Below, one piece after another: positions 25,780 to 27,871 of a stretch of 27,871 nucleotides of DNA. Made by a program: the position numbers and the translations under genes. The DNA is from a virus. Taxonomy: Duplodnaviria > Caudoviricetes. Position 1 is the stretch's first letter, and each line of letters starts with the position of its first letter. Below the pieces are notes generated by a model. It made no database searches. It saw nothing but the letters and a program-made list of their open reading frames with translations, and was not told where the DNA came from. The DNA lies in IMG/VR virus record IMGVR_UViG_3300032216_001242, positions 1 through 27,871 of that record; one strand, 5' to 3'.

Positions 25780-26233
25780 CTCACCTTGAGAGAGTATCCC
25801 ACGCTCGCAAGCTCGCCGCTCGCCATGACGCTGGGGTGGCGTCGTCTGGTGACGCAGAGGAAGGTCGATTGCCGCCCCGCGCACAGGGGCTGGAGCGGCT
25901 TCGCTGGTTCAAAGGCAGATCGGTGGCCCTGCACGCACTGACAGCCTCTGGCGGGCTTCTCTGTGGCTCGACAGCTGCACCGATCCGTGTCCTGCACGAC
26001 AAGAGGCTGCGCCGCCCACAGGCGCGTTTGCAGCTCCTCGCTTTTCAGTGCGGCAGGCCGGGCATCGAGCGGCAGAGACCAGCGTCATGATGCTCCCTCG
26101 TCGCCTGATCACAGATTGAAAACAGAACTTCACAGAGAAGGCTTAACTGGAGTCGCGTCCCCCAATGCTTTCCCACGGCAGTGATGCTGCTTGGCCATAA
26201 GTCGCCCCTGTGGAACGCGGACTCATCTCGCTG

Positions 26234-26335
26234 TGTCCCTTAACGCATCACGCACGCCCTATGGCTGTCAACGGGCAAGCCGTTCCCCTCGCTACGCTCG
26301 GTGACATCCAAGATGCGGCGAGATTGCTGGGGACA
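26234..26335. promoter_or_regulatory. Long branched hairpin upstream of the first rightward gene (Frpo-like candidate)
   Basis: TGTCCC 26234-26239 / GGGACA 26330-26335; TGTCA 26266-26270 / TGACA 26302-26306; left arm reads TTGACA on the minus strand. Confidence 0.45.
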
Positions 26336-26372
26336 TCAGCGGATGGTCCGCTGACAACCACAGGAGCAAGAC

Positions 26373-26900
26373 ATGACCAAGAAATCAACAGACCTCGTCA
26401 ACGCAATGGAATCCGCTTTGACCGTTTTCGCTGGTGAATTTACAGATTTTCAACAGAAAGTCGATCAAGACGGCGAAGTCACGATCTACAACGGAATGGC
26501 CTACATCCAGCGTCGAATGCTGAACGGCATCTGCTACACCGCTGAAAAGCTGATCGAGGAGCAGTATGAAACGCTCGGCACTGCGGGCAAGAAGCTCGCC
26601 CGTCTCGTCCGCTCGCAGGACGGCAACGAGATCGGCACCAAGCAGATCGAGGATCAGACACGTTGGGTCCAGCGGTTGCAGCTGCAAGTGGCGGTTCTGA
26701 CCAACTGCTTCGAACAGGCGAAGGCCGTGCATCTGAAAGAACTGGGCGAGGCCTACGTCCCTTATCGCCAGCGCACCAAGCCAGACGCCGCCAAGGCTGC
26801 GATCAACGGCGAACCCTCAGAGGCTCTGCGCAACGCGATGGCGATCCTCGAAACTCTGGGAGCCAACGTTCCTGATCCTACCGCCCTGCGTATCCACTAA
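26373..26900 (+). CDS. Hypothetical protein (helical), probable early gene
   Basis: AGGAG RBS, GC3-biased codons, followed by a terminator. Confidence 0.8.
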   Translation: MTKKSTDLVNAMESALTVFAGEFTDFQQKVDQDGEVTIYNGMAYIQRRMLNGICYTAEKLIEEQYETLGTAGKKLARLVRSQDGNEIGTKQIEDQTRWVQRLQLQVAVLTNCFEQAKAVHLKELGEAYVPYRQRTKPDAAKAAINGEPSEALRNAMAILETLGANVPDPTALRIH

Positions 26901-26908
26901 TCCCATAG

Positions 26909-26934
26909 GCTGGGGGCTTCGGCTCCCAGCTTTT
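26909..26934 (+). terminator. Rho-independent terminator
   Basis: GCTGGGGGC-TTCG-GCTCCCAGC-TTTT. Confidence 0.8.
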
Positions 26935-26956
26935 CCCTTTCATGGAGGACGACGAC

Positions 26957-27139
26957 ATGTCGCACGACATCAACAATCTCATGAACCGCTGGCGCGAGGG
27001 TCTGCTCGCACACACCGAAATTCTTTACCTTCTGATTTGCATCAATGCGGAGACCACAGACGCTCTGCATCAGGTGCAAAAAGTCATGCAATCAGAGTTT
27101 TTGTCTCAATTTCCAACGGAGGACGACCATGCCAACTAG
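26957..27139 (+). CDS. Small hypothetical protein
   Basis: GGAGGA RBS before ATG 26957. Confidence 0.6.
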   Translation: MSHDINNLMNRWREGLLAHTEILYLLICINAETTDALHQVQKVMQSEFLSQFPTEDDHAN

Positions 27140-27326
27140 CATCATCGACATGATTTCCGAGCGCAATGATCTGCAAGCCGAGTTGCACCAGACCAACGGC
27201 TACCGCAACCGATGGGAACTGCAAGAGCAGATCAACGCGCTCGACGACCTCATCGATTACGAGCTTGATCTTTACGAAACAGAGAAGTTCAACGCTCGAG
27301 TGGCGTTAGCCGACTATCATCCCTGA
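27129..27326 (+). CDS. Small acidic hypothetical protein
   Basis: GGAGGA RBS before ATG 27129; overlaps the upstream stop. Confidence 0.65.
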   Translation: MPTSIIDMISERNDLQAELHQTNGYRNRWELQEQINALDDLIDYELDLYETEKFNARVALADYHP

Positions 27327-27332
27327 TCTAAC

Positions 27333-27367
27333 GAGCCCGCATCCTTTGGGATAGCGGGCTTTTTTTA
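27333..27367 (+). terminator. Rho-independent terminator
   Basis: AGCCCGC-ATCC-TTTG-GGAT-A-GCGGGCT followed by a T-run. Confidence 0.85.
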
Positions 27368-27511
27368 TGTCGAACAAAGAGATAAAGTTCGGAAAGGTGG
27401 CACCCAGCCCGACCCGCCGAAGGCAGGGGAGGGGGACGGAACCAGCTGGGGCGACCCAGAAAATTCCTGGGCCCCACTTACATTTCACCGCAGTTTCCAA
27501 GGATTATTAAA

Positions 27512-27610
27512 ATGACTCATCTGATTGAAGATTTCGTAGAACTGGTTGTCATCGCAACATTCCTCACATCGCTAATGGTGTGGATGGATTGGGCATTTGC
27601 AGGCTTTTGA
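27512..27610 (+). CDS. 32-aa single-TM peptide (not in ORF track)
   Basis: MTHLIEDFVELVVIATFLTSLMVWMDWAFAGF; AAGGA RBS; stop just before the next RBS. Confidence 0.55.
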   Translation: MTHLIEDFVELVVIATFLTSLMVWMDWAFAGF

Positions 27611-27622
27611 AAGGATCGCATC

Positions 27623-27826
27623 ATGAAATACAAAGTAGAAGTCGGCATCACAGCCGTCAAAACCTATGTGATCGATGAGCATGTCTCAACGCACACCACT
27701 ATTGAATACATCGCCGCCAACTATGATCAACTGGACAAGACCTTCAACCCAAGTTGCGAGCGAGAAGATTGCACGCTGTTGAGCATCATCTTGATTGACG
27801 ACAACGGAAAACCCGCAAGGATTTAA
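27623..27826 (+). CDS. Small hypothetical protein
   Basis: AAAGGA RBS, 67 aa. Confidence 0.6.
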   Translation: MKYKVEVGITAVKTYVIDEHVSTHTTIEYIAANYDQLDKTFNPSCEREDCTLLSIILIDDNGKPARI

Positions 27827-27871
27827 CTGCATTCGTGCAGCAACGCTTGCCATTCATACTGCAATGATGCA

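Noticed and set aside
25406-26372. Short ORFs of 60-90 aa in the structured intergenic region, and the long 5' extension of 25184..25684
   Set aside because: Arg/Cys/Pro-rich random-like translations, no RBS, coincide with hairpins
1-27871. Stop-codon reassignment, tRNA genes, introns or inteins
   Set aside because: Genes are full-length and tightly coupled under the standard code; no cloverleaf or intein motifs were recognised

Overview
The window is about 28 kb of a dsDNA podophage or prophage genome. The gene order resembles the BPP-1 (Rauchvirus)/HTVC010P-like lineage, and the host is probably alphaproteobacterial (inference from gene content). From ~25,100 down to ~100, the minus strand carries a continuous late region. 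In order it encodes TerS, a putative head-spike base/Ig-like pair, several small mostly basic proteins, TerL, portal, a Bbp19-like protein, scaffold, a GNAT acetyltransferase, major capsid, tail adaptor and nozzle, and three internal virion (ejection) proteins. One of these ends in a peptidase M15 domain and another has an HExxH insert. After them come tail fibre genes and a lysis cassette (membrane proteins, GH19 endolysin, i-/o-spanin) followed by an SGNH hydrolase. A ~1 kb strongly self-complementary non-coding region (25,406-26,372) separates this from small rightward genes. The most interesting signals are non-coding. (1) A GTGCATTG motif recurs at late gene-block boundaries and is probably a late promoter or activator site. 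(2) One copy appears to drive a ~60-nt sRNA with an anti-Shine-Dalgarno loop (16-77). (3) Two divergent long hairpins resembling Frpo-type single-stranded-DNA promoters flank an origin-like tandem repeat and AT-rich tract, and both lead into the same 11-nt RBS sequence. No integrase, tRNA, CRISPR array or reverse transcriptase was seen. All family assignments come from motif recognition by eye, not database searches.
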